The position numbers and the translations under genes were made by a program. 64,000 nt of DNA, from positions 15,748,001-15,812,000 of the forward strand of contig CM075988.1 in assembly GCA_038087875.1 (NCBI GenBank). Direction: 5' to 3'. The stretch is from Malacoraja senta. Lineage: Eukaryota. The first letter of the stretch is position 1, and every line of letters starts with the position of its first letter. Of this stretch, positions 1 to 11,650 are shown one piece after another. The notes under the pieces were generated by a model. That model was not told the origin of the DNA. It saw nothing but the letters and a program-made list of their open reading frames with translations, and did no database searches.

Positions 1-570
1 AGGAGGCCCAGGACAGAAAGGTCGGATTCGGAATGGGAGGGGGCGTTGAAGTGCTGACCTAAGCAGTCTTTCCAGGTGCGGCAGAGGTTCACCTGCACCT
101 CCTCCAACCTCATCCACTGTATCCGCTGCTCGAGGTGTCAGCTGCTCTACATCAGTGAGACCAAGCATAGCTTCGCCCAACACCTCCGCAATAACCAACC
201 TGATCTCCCGGTGGCTCAGCACTTCAACTCCCCCTCCCATTCCGAATCCGACCTTTCTGTCCTGGGCCTCCCCCATGGCCAGAGTGAGCCCCACTGTAAA
301 TTGGAGGAGCAGCACCTCATATTTCACTTGGGTAGTTTACACCCCAGTAGAATGAACATTGACTTCTCCAATTTCATGTAGTTCCTGCTTCTCCCTCTTT
401 CCCCTCCCCAGCTCTCCCACAGCCCACTGTCTCCGCCTTTTCCTTTCTTCTTCCCGCCCCCACTCCCACATCAGTCTGAAGAAGGGTTTTAACCCGAAAA
501 GTCGCCTATTTCCTTCACTCCATAGAATCTGCCTCACCCGCTGAGTTTCTCCAGCATTTTTGTCCACGTT
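1..570 (+). mobile_element. Penelope-like element 3' fragment (GIY-YIG endonuclease remnant plus pLTR with hammerhead-like core)
   Basis: ORF 76-381 reads QRFTCTSSNLIHCIRCSRCQLLYISETK...PVAQHFNSPSHS...LEEQHLIFHLGSLHP.RMNIDF, typical of the PLE GIY-YIG C-terminus. It is followed by CTGAAGAAGGG-N6-CCCGAAA at ~477-499 and the repeat tail seen many times in the window. Confidence 0.85.
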
Positions 571-574
571 GACC

Positions 575-828
575 AGTTCACCCTAGTTCTATGTTATGCT
601 ACTTTTACAATCACTCCCTACACTCTAGAGACAACTTTATAGATGTCAATTAACCTACAAACCTGTATGCCTTTAGTATGTAGGAGGAAACCGGAACACC
701 TTGAAGAGACCCATGCAGTCACAGAGAGAATGTGCAAACTCCACATAGATATCATCCGAGGTCAGGAATGAACCCGGGTCTCTGGGACTGAGGCAGCAGC
801 TCTACCAGCTGTGCGACTCTGCCACCAC
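575..828 (-). mobile_element. HE1-like tRNA-derived V-SINE
   Basis: Reverse complement of the same SINE found at 10365-10642 (tRNA head, central GTTTCCTCC.ACATxCxAAAG domain, TGTAGGTTAATTG). Ends approximate. Confidence 0.7.
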
Positions 829-1067
829 CTTAAAGCTTTGCCCTCTAGTTTTTGAAACTTCCACCCTGTGGATATTGACAATTGAAATATTACCACTGCT
901 GACTTTAATCATTTTAATGCATCAAAACAGAGGAATTAACCATTTTCTGGTTCCTCAGCCAAGTACATGATGCAGGAGTTTGAAGCTCATCAGTAATGGA
1001 AGGCAATGAAAAGTTTAACATCAAACGACACAAAGATCTCCATCACAAGGTGCTTTGTGCCTGGGAT

Positions 1068-1215
1068 ATTTAGTTTAGTTCAGAGATACAGCGCAGAAAC
1101 AGGCCCTTCAGTCCAGAGTCCGCACCGACCAGCAATCCCCGCACATTAACACTATCCTACACACACTGGGGACAATTTACATTTATATCTAGCCAATTAA
1201 CCTACAAACCAGTAT
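1068..1215 (-). mobile_element. HE1-like SINE 3' fragment
   Basis: TTTAGTTTAGTT tail plus GAGATACAGCGCAGAAACAGGCCCTTC, the reverse complement of the CR1/HER1-type SINE tail. Confidence 0.7.
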
Positions 1216-1241
1216 TCCCTTGTAATATTTCTGCCACTTAC

Positions 1242-4200
1242 CATTCAGAGGTGCTGGGGTTCCAGCGGTCAAAAACTCTGAAGCAAAAGAACAACATAAA
1301 TCAATGTTTCAGGGAGGAAAGGTGAGATAATAGCAAAGTAGAATTAAATCTAATCTAAACCTAAATTAAAGTTCTGCATTAATTGAAGCAAGATAACTTC
1401 TCAGATGAGGTTTCTGGTTAAATAATTACCCTTAAAGGGAGAGGAATATTACCCACCAGACCCTCCTCTTACACCAAAGGGAACCATAAAGGCTGGGTCA
1501 ATTATTCCTGTAGAAGCAGTTTAAGTTTGACTGCTTCCCTAGAAGATTGTACCTTCTTCCCTCGTGTATATGGGTCCAGATGAAACTGTGAAGGTTTGTG
1601 TTGTCAATCTTTCATTGGTGAAAATTCCTCGCTTCGGTCTCTTTCTACCAAAGCAGTCCTGTGTGGTTTACAAGCAGAGAACAAGAATTATATATCATCA
1701 CATAGCACCAAAGGAGAACATTTCTGCTGGCCTTAACAACAGTGTAATTCATCACATCCCTCTGCTTTTTCTCAATCATGCTACATTTTTTGTTCCCTTT
1801 CAAGTATTGTTCCAATTCCCTTTTGTAAAATTACTATTGAATTTGCTTCCCCCCGCCCTTTCGGGCACCACATATCAACTTTGGACATAAACAAGCATTC
1901 CCTGTATTTACCTTTGGATCTCTTGCCAATGTTAAATTAGTGCGTTTGATTTAACACACGAGCAATACCATAAGTGGTTTCTCCAATCCTACACAGCCAC
2001 ATAGGAGTCATTAACATGGACAGTAACTGCTGGGGACTAACAGTTTGTCTCAGAGAATCAAAGGAATGTAGTGTAATACAGAGCTAGAAAGGGTCACCAG
2101 TATCCATTGGCACGTCCTTAGATTGCAGATTTACAAAAATATTAAACCTCGAGGAGAATTCCATGTGGAATGTTTTAGGGAGGAGGAAGGATAGATGGAG
2201 GGGGACTAACTGTGCACAAAGTTGCTCCAGATTAGATTGGATCTATTCTTAAGAGAGACTTGTAGCAAACCGTAAACTTGTACCCAAAGTCCACAACAAT
2301 AGTGCCAGAGGTCAGGATTGAACAGAGTTTGTTGAGGCTGTGAGGCAGTAGCTCTTCTAGCTGTGCCACTCTGCCACCCAGCAATGCAACCTGGCCATGT
2401 CCATCTCACAAGCTGAAATGTGCAAATGGTGGGCACTCACTTGTAGCAAAGTCTGACAGGTTTTGGCTTCACAAAGCCTGGTAATACAGTGTACATAGAT
2501 TGTCGAGAGCTTCCTGTCCCATTGCTCGTTGAAACGGAAGGTATCAAAAACAAACGAGGATTTCCTGCCGATTCCATTTCCGATGATAGTTGTGCGAGGG
2601 CTAATGTTGCAGCTGGAGATGTAAAGATGGAGAATGGATGTTAGCAACGAAGCAAACATTTTATACCATCCCGATCTTGTCTCCGATTTAATATAAAATC
2701 AAATCAGTTTGGGTTCAGAGACGTTACCCAGTGAAGAAGGTATATCCAGTGTCAAGCGAGGAGAGATTAAATGGAGATGGTGTGGCAAAACAGTGATCCA
2801 GGAAGACGTTAAAGCTGAAAATCAAACACAGATAATCTATTAGACACACAGACTTCAGAAACAATTCATCCCTTAGTTTACATCCTTGGACAGTTTCTTC
2901 CCAGCTGTTATCAGGCAACTGAACCATTCAACCAACAACTAGAGTATAGTGCTGAGCTACTATCTACCACATTGCAGACCCTCAGACTATCTTTGATCGG
3001 ACTTTCCCGGATTATATCTTGCACTAAACGTTATTCCCATTATTCCCTTTATCATGTATCTGCACACTGTGGGTGGCTCGATTGTAATCATGTATTGTCT
3101 TTCTGCTGACTGGTTAGCACGCAACAAAAGCTTTTCACTGTACAATTGACAATAAACTAAACTTGCCCACTCCTATCTCTAAATTCCTGAAGGACGGCAA
3201 GTTCTGGATAAGATTCTGATGCCCAGAAGTCATTCTTCAAGTAAATACCAGCTAGATATTGGAGGGGGCTCATCGTGGCCAAATTAGTTCTGGCAACCCT
3301 CTTAGCCAGGATTACCAGATGACTGTCTCCTTGGTTCCTGTCTGACTTAGACTTACTGAAATCATATAATGTTGCTGAATATAATGTTGTACTTCTCCCG
3401 TACCACTGGTAGCAAAATAAAGGGACAAGAGAACATCACCTTAAAATTGGAACTGATTTTGGGTGTTACCTCCTTATACACAGGCTATTCGAAATTTGTA
3501 ACGTTCTCCCCCAAAATGCTGCAGATTCCAGTGGGATGGGTGCTGGGGCAGGTATCAGTTGATGTTTTAAGTCAACTTTTGTTTGTTAAAGTTGTGTGGG
3601 ATTTAAACCGAGTAGATGCTGTTGACTTTCCAATCCCACTCACCCACTCCATGCCCTGAAGGTGATCAAGAGCAGCAGCTTCAGTCAGAGCCTGATTGCA
3701 CCAATGTGCAAACGGAGAGACATAGGAAGTCCTGTTTACCAGCTGCGATAAGGTTATATAATGCGCATAAATAACTGCACTTTTTTAAAATTAATTGTAT
3801 TTTAACTTGTATTTTAACTTGTTAAGTATGGAAGCTATTTGTGGTGTTATGTCTGTCTTGAAGCTGTCGTGGCATTGTAATTTCCTGCAAAGGATTATTA
3901 AAGGTATAATCAATCAATCAATCAAACCTCAATCTGTTAGACGTGGAACATGCCCAAAGGGCTAAATGTCCTTCTCGTGTTCCTGTGTTTACTTACTTTG
4001 AAGATAGATTACCAATGCTGACTTCAACATAAACCTTATATCCGAGTGGAAGACCTTGGTCAGGAACGATCAGCGGTGAAATGTAGTCTTGGTCCTGTTC
4101 AGAATAAATGCAATGAAAATTATAAAGGTATTGTGAAATCTTTGGTGCCAAATCCCTAACTGCACAACAAAGGTCTTACAGGTTGCAGTAAGTAATCTCA

Positions 4201-7200
4201 TATGCTCCATCCTTGTTCTCGCCGTGTAAATGGCCTGTCCCACTTAGGCTATTTTTAGGTGACTGCCGGCGACTGTCATAGTCGTAGCAGGTCGCCGAAA
4301 AGCCGGCGACTGGGTCCCTCTTCGACATAAAATTTGAAATAGAATCATACTTTAACAACAAAAGAAAACCCAAGTCAGCACCGGCAATAACCTACGTCAT
4401 CCTGGAGACAACCTACGACAGCACCTACGTCAGGAGACGTCCAGCTACGTTCATTGGCGTCAAGCTAAATGTCGCCGAAAGGTTTTGAACATTTCAAAAT
4501 CCAGCGGCGACCAGAAAAAACGCTACGATTCTTTGGGCAACTGAGGAGACTACTCACAACCATACAGGCGACACCCCAGCGACCATGTGGCGACAGCCTA
4601 GTCGCCTGTGGTCGCCTAAAAAATCGCCTAAGTGGGACAGGGGCATAAAGAGTTCTCATTCAGTAAAAGCCCATTTAATGTCTTAACTCGACCATGTTAT
4701 TTACGGATTCCCTCAGACCCTTTACATATGACTTTATTTGGATTATCCTTCCTGAGTCGAAACAAATGAAGTTGCCACAAATCTTCAATTAATACTGGCT
4801 GCCATTGTGGGCTATTCATATTCTGGAACTCATAAACCTGAAATTGGACCGAGTTCAAGCCAGCCGACAAGGCAAAAAGGTCCCTAACTCATTGCTTACA
4901 AATAACAAAAGGACACAAAGTGCTGGACTAACTCAACGGGTCAGGCAGCAGCTGGATAGGTGATGTTTCAGGTCAGAACCCTTCTTCAGACTCTAAAGCA
5001 AGAGGAGTCAAAAGAGTTAGAGGGCGAGGACAAGTTTTTCCAGATGGAGGAGTGTACTAAGAGAGGAACATTGAACGGGTCTCTGTTCAACCAAGGACCT
5101 TCTATGTTTTTACAAATTGCACATCATAGCCATTGGCCAATTTTACGATTAATTATTTAAATATATGTGCTAAACTAAATCATTATGGAGCCATTGCTCA
5201 TGTTTAGACAGAGGCAGACAAGTGTTGAAGCCAATAGGACAATTTAGAAATATTTGACATGGATTGCGAACTAATCGACAGGGAAAATCAATAACATAAC
5301 CCAACTCAGTTTGAGATCCAGGCAACATTGAAAAAAAAATTAAACTTCAGATTCTTTGCCATGTATGAAGGGATGTTCGACATTTTTCAGACAATTGGAC
5401 GAGTTTCATGAAACAAAACCTGGATTATTTAGTTTCTCGGTTTCTGCTGCTTGTATACAGTCGCTGCCAAAGGATCAAACTGCTAAACATTACCTCTCAG
5501 TTCATCCATATCAGATAGTTGACTGGTAACAAGAGTGTACACTGTGTACAAAATGTGTTGCAGCAATTCAAAACCAACTTCAACAACACAACCTAGAAGA
5601 GCAACAGGCACACAGTACCATCACCACCTGATGGTCACCATCCTGATATTAAAATATCATCAGGTCAGATCTAGAAACTAACTACCACCACTGTGGAGGT
5701 AACAAGCGCCAGGAGCATAATGGTTCAACTGAGTGGCTCATCACCACCATGTCAAGGATAACTGGTGGATGGCCAATAAATGCAAACTTGTGCATACAAT
5801 AAATATATTTTCTTTTCTTTTTCAAATCACTCATTTCAAGTAATCTCTCTTTTTTTCCAATGGACAAGTAATGCTACGTGATGTGATGCTCGATATAAAT
5901 GGTGCCTTGGATAGTTGGCTGCTGGAACCAAACTTTGGTGCGCCAACAGCAGCCATCCACAGAACCTTTTTGGGTTTGTCTCAATACACAATAATCAGTG
6001 TTGCAGCTATACATCTCATGATTGTTTGTTCGATATATCATTGAAAAGTCAAGTTGAGTTTATTGTCATATGCATAAAGACGGTGAGGAACAGGTACAAT
6101 TAAATATTTTGCTTGACGGTGTTTTTGCTGAGGTATAATGTGTTGGCGTGGGATTAAGAGATGGGGAGTCCTTTTACAAGATGTGTAAATTAGTAATTCT
6201 CAGTATAACCAATGGAAATACTTACATCAAACAGCTGCAGGCGGAGAGTGCTGCTAAAGCTACCGTTCCTTGTGGCCACTGCAATAGAAATGGAAGACCT
6301 GAATGAAACAAAGACAAAGAATGTGAGGTGAGGAAGTGACTGTCTGCAGAACCAATTTCCTTGGACTCATTGGGTTCAATCTATGGAGCACCTGTTTCTG
6401 TGATATTCATTTCTGCCATAAAACAGACAATGCTGGAAATACTCAGCAGATCAGGCAGCATCCGTGGAGAGTGAAACAAGGTTAATCTTTCAGATCATGT
6501 TACATCCATTTCTCTCCCATCCCTCCCCTCCCCCCAATGCTACACTGCCTGCTGAGTATTTTCAGCATTTCTGATCCTATTTCAGAAGTGCAGCATCTAC
6601 TGTTTTTTACTCTTTAATTTCAATTCATCAGCTTGTTCACATTCCAACAGCATTGTAGTTAAAGGCATGGTTTCAAAGACCAAGATCGCTGTTATCTTAT
6701 TGTAGTGATCATTCATCATACGAGCAGTTGAACACTTGATTCTCACTGAACAAGATCCACAACCATTCACCCTTTAGTCAAAGCAGGGATCTCTCTGTTG
6801 CCCATGTCAAAAGCAAGCGGAACCACAAACTAAACCACACTGTACACCTATCCCAAACATGGACTTCTCTTGCTGTAATGAACAATTATATTTATTATCT
6901 GACCTTAATTACACACAATTACCTAATCACACGTAGGGAGACTCTCAGCTTCATACAATCTTTTTTTTTTTTCATCATTCACTAACTCAAGGTCTCTCAG
7001 TACTTTACTCCCATGAAGTGCTTACTGGAAGTTGTTGCAAAAAGTAAATTTGGCATAGCAAGATGCCACAGATTAAAGGTTAATGATCATACAAACTGTT
7101 TGTGATACTGATTCAGGAATAAATATTGGCAAAGAAATTAGAAACATTTTAAAGAACTTCTTCCAAAATTAGTGTGACTTTATTTTCACCAGAGCGGACA

Positions 7201-10200
7201 AAATCAGGCCTTGGTTTAATCTCTCTTCCAAACCAATGCACTTCTTCTTGTGTATGGCGTGCACAACCTATTTGATCTTATTTGATCGTGCACGCCAGGT
7301 AGATTGCATTCGTCAAAACAGGGCAGACCACGTGAAGGTTGCAATCTCCCACCCCACCAAGGCACTCTGGCATCACAACACTTCCTCAGTGCTGCACTGG
7401 AGAGTCAGATTAGATCCTCTACTCTAGTCTCAAGACTGGGGTTTGAACCCACAACACAAGAACAAGTTTGTAGACAGATGAGCTGAAGATGAGGTGCTGA
7501 ACACTGTCCTAGAGAAAAGCAGAGTTTTTTTGTGGTATGTGGGCTACTTTGAAGCAGATGATATGCTCAATGTCACACTCCTGTTTGTGGAAGCTTCCTC
7601 TGTACAAATTAGACGCTGCATTTCCCACAAGGTGACTTTGCTGCAAAGTTGAACAATTTTGTAATTTTGCAAATTGTGAAGGCACTACATAAATACCAGA
7701 TCTTTCTTTCTTTTAATGTATTCCAGAAATATATTTCAGGTCAATCAGTTCTCAGCCAAGTGTCCAGCTCACGAAACATTGATGCTACTTGCATTATCTG
7801 CTTTCAATTTTACTACCCAAAGCATTGTCTTTCAGGTGACGCTCCAGGTAACAGATCAGCTTCATGTTAAAGATCCTAGGGCATAACGTGAAGGCCTAAA
7901 GTTTCTGCCTACAATTTTCCCCTCAGTGGATCTCACCAAAAGCAGATGAACCAATCCTTCATACATTGCTTTTAAGAAGGAACTGCAGATGCTGGAAAAT
8001 CGAAGGTACACAAAAATGCTGGAGAAACCCAGCGGGTGCAGCAGCATCTATGGAGCGAAGGAAATAAGCAACGTTTCGGGCCGAAACCCTTCTTCAGTCT
8101 GAAGAAGGGTTTCGGCCCGAAACGTTGCCTATTTCCTTCGCTCCATAGATGCTGCTGCACCCGCTGAGTTTCTCCAGCATTTTTGTGTACCTTTATACAT
8201 TGCTGTCTTCCTGTGGGCAAATTGACTACCATATTTACCCAATGAACAATTGTGGCAACACACCAAGGCAAGCAGACGAATGTGAGTGCTTATGAGTTCC
8301 CGAGAGACATAGCTGAATAAATGAAACCTCTTTAATTATTTTATGCCATTACATAGTTCTAAAGAGCACTTACGTTATGAGTCTTGTGCTGTTAAGTATA
8401 TATTCAAGAGGGTACTTGCAGGAGAATTTATAGTACAGTCTTGGGCTGTAACTGATCATCAAGGAATGATTGGTCGGGGGGTCTATAAAACCAGAGATGA
8501 CCACGGACTGAACACTGGAGAAATGGGCAAAAGTTTCCGTTCCCGGACCCTCATCAAGAATCTGGAACACCGACAGAAACTAATAAACATTGACAATTAA
8601 CAAGCTGTATTTCTTGTCATTAACAATACAAAGTAAACAGTTGTAACTTGAACACACCCATGTTAATCCTACAGCTCGATCACCCTCCACCCTGACTTGC
8701 CTCTCAACCAGAATTGTAACCCCAATTCTATCTGGGTCTCTGCCTCTCTCCCACCCTCCCTGTATCTCTCGTCAAAGCTCTAAATCTTGAGCGTCTGCTT
8801 TTGGAAGCAAGCAAGTTCAACAAGTTTCAGGTTGCAGATACATGGAATAGGCAATTTCAAGAGTCTAAGGTGTTTTATTGTCGCTTGCACCCACATTAGA
8901 ATAATGAAATTCTTACTTGCTGCCTTTACAGGCACATTAAAGTTTATGAGTTAATGAATAGGTTTATTGGCCAAGTATGTTCACATACAAGGAACACAAT
9001 AGCACAACAAATATATTTACAACAATTTATCAGTTGTTTTAGATAAACCAGACCACGACAGTGCAAGCAGAGTGCAACTGTAGAGGTGCAAGGTCCAATT
9101 TGAAAATAGACTAGTCGAGATAAAATTGCCTTATTTAAAAATCTCCCAATCCCTGTCTGCTTTTCTCTCGAAATCTCTGCCGATAACTCATCCCCTGTCA
9201 CTGATCAAGTGCCTTCCAAATCTATCCGAATCACTCATTTTAATTCTTCATTGTGCCTTTTGTCTAAATCCTTTCATCTTTGGTGACACAAGAGACTGCA
9301 GATGCTGGAATCTTGAACAAAACTGGAGGAACTCGGCATCTGTGGAGGTAAATGGACCGAGGACGTTTTGCGTTCTCAGACTGCAGAAGTCTCCCAACAC
9401 AAAACGTCATCTGTCCATTTCCCTCCATGGATGCTGCCTGACCCACCAAGTCCTCCAGCAATTTGTTTTTTGTTTACCTCTTTGGACTTTGGCCCTCATT
9501 TGTAGGTGTGGAACTTTACATCCTATCTCTTGTATTTTAAGTTGCCATTCATGAGCCCATGTAGTGTGCTATCCGACCAGTGGTTCAGTTAAATCCTGAT
9601 TTCTGACCATCTCCGTCCCTTTAATTCTCTCCTACGCGAAGGTTTTTTTTGGGTGCTCCGGTTTCCTCCCACACTCCAAAAAACGTGTAGGTTTATAGGA
9701 TAATTGGCTTCTGTAATTTGTCCCTAGTGTGTAGGATAGAACTAGTGTACTGGGGTCTGTTTCCAATTTGTATCTTTCAACTAAAATTAAAGCACCTACT
9801 TTGAAATTATTGCCACAGTTATTGTCGTCGACGTCATTAACAATGATAGAATATTGAACGACTGGGGGTGTGGCCGGGACATCCACTCTCCCGTTACACT
9901 TTGTGTCATTATATCGGCCATTTAACGCAAGGGTTAAAGGATCAAAGCCAGCAAAGAGTGAAGGGCAAAGGTTAATGGATAGGTTGATCAACCGAGCACC
10001 ACAATCAATGGCGATATCCCGGTTATCTGAAACAGATAAGACATTGACGCAACAAGATTCAGAACTAAACAGTATTTGGACATTGCAGCAATTTCTTAAT
10101 ATACATTTCACTTGTAACATCCAAATGGATGCCAGACCACCATGAGACACCTCAGTGTTGCTGTATTACATCCCACATCAGTCGCTGACATTGTGACATA

Positions 10201-10933
10201 CCTGCACCCCGACCGTAATTGTAATTTAACTTGCGATCCTCACACCAACACTAGTGATTAACACGATATATTTCACACTAACACTAATATAACACCCACT
10301 TAGACATTCTTTATCTCCGCATCCTTCTCTGTAACTGATACACACCCCTCTGAGATGCAGATGGGGCAGCACAGTGGCACAACGGTAGAGTTGCTGCCTT
10401 ACAGCGCTGGGGATTGACGAGAGGTGCTGCCTGTGTGGAGTTTGTACGTTCTTCCTGTGACCAGGTGTCTTCTCCGGGTGCTCTAGTCCTCCTACATCGC
10501 AAAGATGTGCAGGTTTGTAGGTTAATTGGTTTCTGTAAATTGTCCCTAGTGTGGAGAATAGAACTAGTGTAAGGGTGATTGTTGGTCGGCATGGACTCAG
10601 TGGGCCGAAGGGCCTGTTTCCACACTGTATCTCTAAACTAAAGAAATAAGCTATATGCCACATTGCAAATGTAAAGCATTCCTCACTATGCATCACAGCC
10701 CTCTGATATATCCTACACCCTCAGTGAAACATATCTCTCCCCTCACTAACTATTTGCGCGCTCCACACTTCTCACCATAACATTGAAAATCCCCCCATGA
10801 CCATCACTAACAATCAGGATGTACCTGGATATCTGTTGTACTGAGCATCACAAGGGTAACTGGCTGGTGCGCATGGAATAAAAAATTGATGCAGTGATAG
10901 AGAGAGAAGTAACATCCTTGGTGAGGCAGCCAT
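1242..10933 (-). CDS. ZPLD1-like zona pellucida domain protein (cupulin-like, divergent paralog); 9 coding exons, 3' end unresolved
   Basis: Exons with GT-AG ends and compatible phases: 10933-10825 (MAASPRMLLLSLSLHQFFIPCAPASYPCDAQYNRYP, signal peptide); 10026-9800 (DNRDIAIDCGARLINLSINLCPSLFAGFDPLTLALNGRYNDTKC...CGNNFK); 8561-8374 (...ISGFIDPP...ISYSPRLYYKFSCKYPLEYILNSTRLIT); 6298-6226 (SSISIAVATRNGSFSSTLRLQLFD); 4094-3997 (DQDYISPLIVPDQGLPLGYKVYVEV); 2814-2728 (FNVFLDHCFATPS); 2612-2441 (C...FDTFRF...LSTIYVHCITRLC); 1658-1553 (furin site RKRPKR, EHP-like TVSSGPIYTR); 1277-1242 (EFLTAGTPAPLN). Motifs and exon sizes (73, 98, 172 nt) match ZPLD1 as I recall it, but identity is modest, so no symbol is given. 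Confidence 0.9.
2200..2380 (-). mobile_element. Degenerate HE1-like SINE
   Basis: GAGGTCAGGATTGAAC...GCTGTGAGGCAGTAGCTCT...CTGTGCCAC is the reverse complement of the SINE tRNA head. Confidence 0.55.
2885..3162 (+). mobile_element. LINE 3' end (Rex1/Babar-like tail)
   Basis: GACAGTTTCTTCCCAGCTGTTATCAGGCAACTGAA...TGACAATAAACTAAAC; near-identical family member at 54350-54625. Confidence 0.65.
4230..4646. mobile_element. Non-autonomous DNA transposon (MITE), PIF/Harbinger-like TIRs
   Basis: TIRs GGCCTGTCCCACTTAGGC...GCCTAAGTGGGACAGG in a TAA context; same family as 47938-48415. Confidence 0.75.
7120..7460 (-). mobile_element. Old Deu-domain SINE (SacSINE1-like) interrupted by a ~130 bp repeat
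   Basis: GGCCTTGGTTTAATCTCTC...CCTCAGTGCTGCACTGGAGAGTCAG...GGGGTTTGAACCCACAAC matches the reverse complement of DeuSINE head/core. Similar remnants near 13170-13260, 15620-15700, 52050-52230 and 57780-58000. Confidence 0.55.
7972..8193. mobile_element. Palindromic Penelope-derived short element (two inverted pLTR ends)
   Basis: 95-bp arms 8003-8097 and 8099-8193 (2 mismatches) centred on T8098; each arm has CTGAAGAAGGGTTTCGGCCCGAAACGTT. Confidence 0.85.
10365..10642 (+). mobile_element. HE1-like tRNA-derived V-SINE, near full length
   Basis: tRNA-like head (GGCACAGTGGCACAACGGTAGAGTTGCTGCC), V-type core (TGTGTGGAGTTTGTACGTTCT...AAAGATGTGCAGGTT) and CR1-type tail GGGCCGAAGGGCCTGTTTCC...TCTCTAAACTAAA. 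Confidence 0.8.
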
Positions 10934-11129
10934 ATCTGTAAACAATAAAAGTAAATTATAAAATGTAACACATAGCACAAAACGTTCTACAAAATGAAGC
11001 TTTGCTCTGCCGATTCTCCAGAGCCCAGAGCTACATGCCCATTCTTACCCACTAGCTCGATGTCCTAGTCCTGCGTGTTGGCAACCCCTTCGGTCAGGGA
11101 ATAATGCTGTGACTAAATTTGGGCCCTAT

Positions 11130-11650
11130 ATCTGTGGAAGGATGTGCTGGCTCTGGAGAGGGTCCAGAAGAGGTTTACAAGAATGATTTCAGGAATGAGT
11201 GGGTTAGCATATGATGAGTGTTTGACAGCACTGGGCCTGTACTCGCTGGAGTTTAGAAGGTTGAGGGGGGACCTCATTGAAACTTACAGAATAATGAAAG
11301 GCATAGATAGAGTGGATGTAGAAAGGATGTTTCCACTGTTGGGAGAGTCTAGGACCAGAGGTCATAACCTCAGAAAGAAAGGGTGCTCTTTTAGAAAGGA
11401 GGCGAGGAGGAACTTCTTTAGTCAGCGGGTAGTTAATCTGTGGAACTCATTGCCACGGAGGGCTGTGGAGGCCAAGTTAGTGGATATTTTTAAGGCAGAG
11501 ATAGACAAATTCTTGATTAGAATGGATGTCAAGGGTTATAGGGAGAAGGCAAAAAATGGAATTAGGAGGCAGAGATCTGCCATGATTGAATGGCAGAGTA
11601 GGCTGGATGGGCCGAATGGCCTAATTCTACTCCTATAACTTGTGAACGTG
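11130..11650 (+). mobile_element. CR1/HER1 LINE 3' fragment
   Basis: ORF 11144-11638 LERVQKRFTRMI...LGLYSLEFRRLRGDLIETYRIMKG.D...RTRGH...RRNFFSQRVVNLWNSLP is the canonical CR1 ORF2 C-terminus, followed by the GGGCCGAATGGCCTA tail. Confidence 0.9.

Noticed and set aside
990-1060. Candidate last exon of the ZPLD1-like gene (GTKHLVMEIFVSFDVKLFIAFHY*)
   Set aside because: Phase fits, but the acceptor lacks a pyrimidine tract (an HE1 SINE tail abuts it) and the peptide is a poor transmembrane segment. The true terminal exon may lie left of the window.
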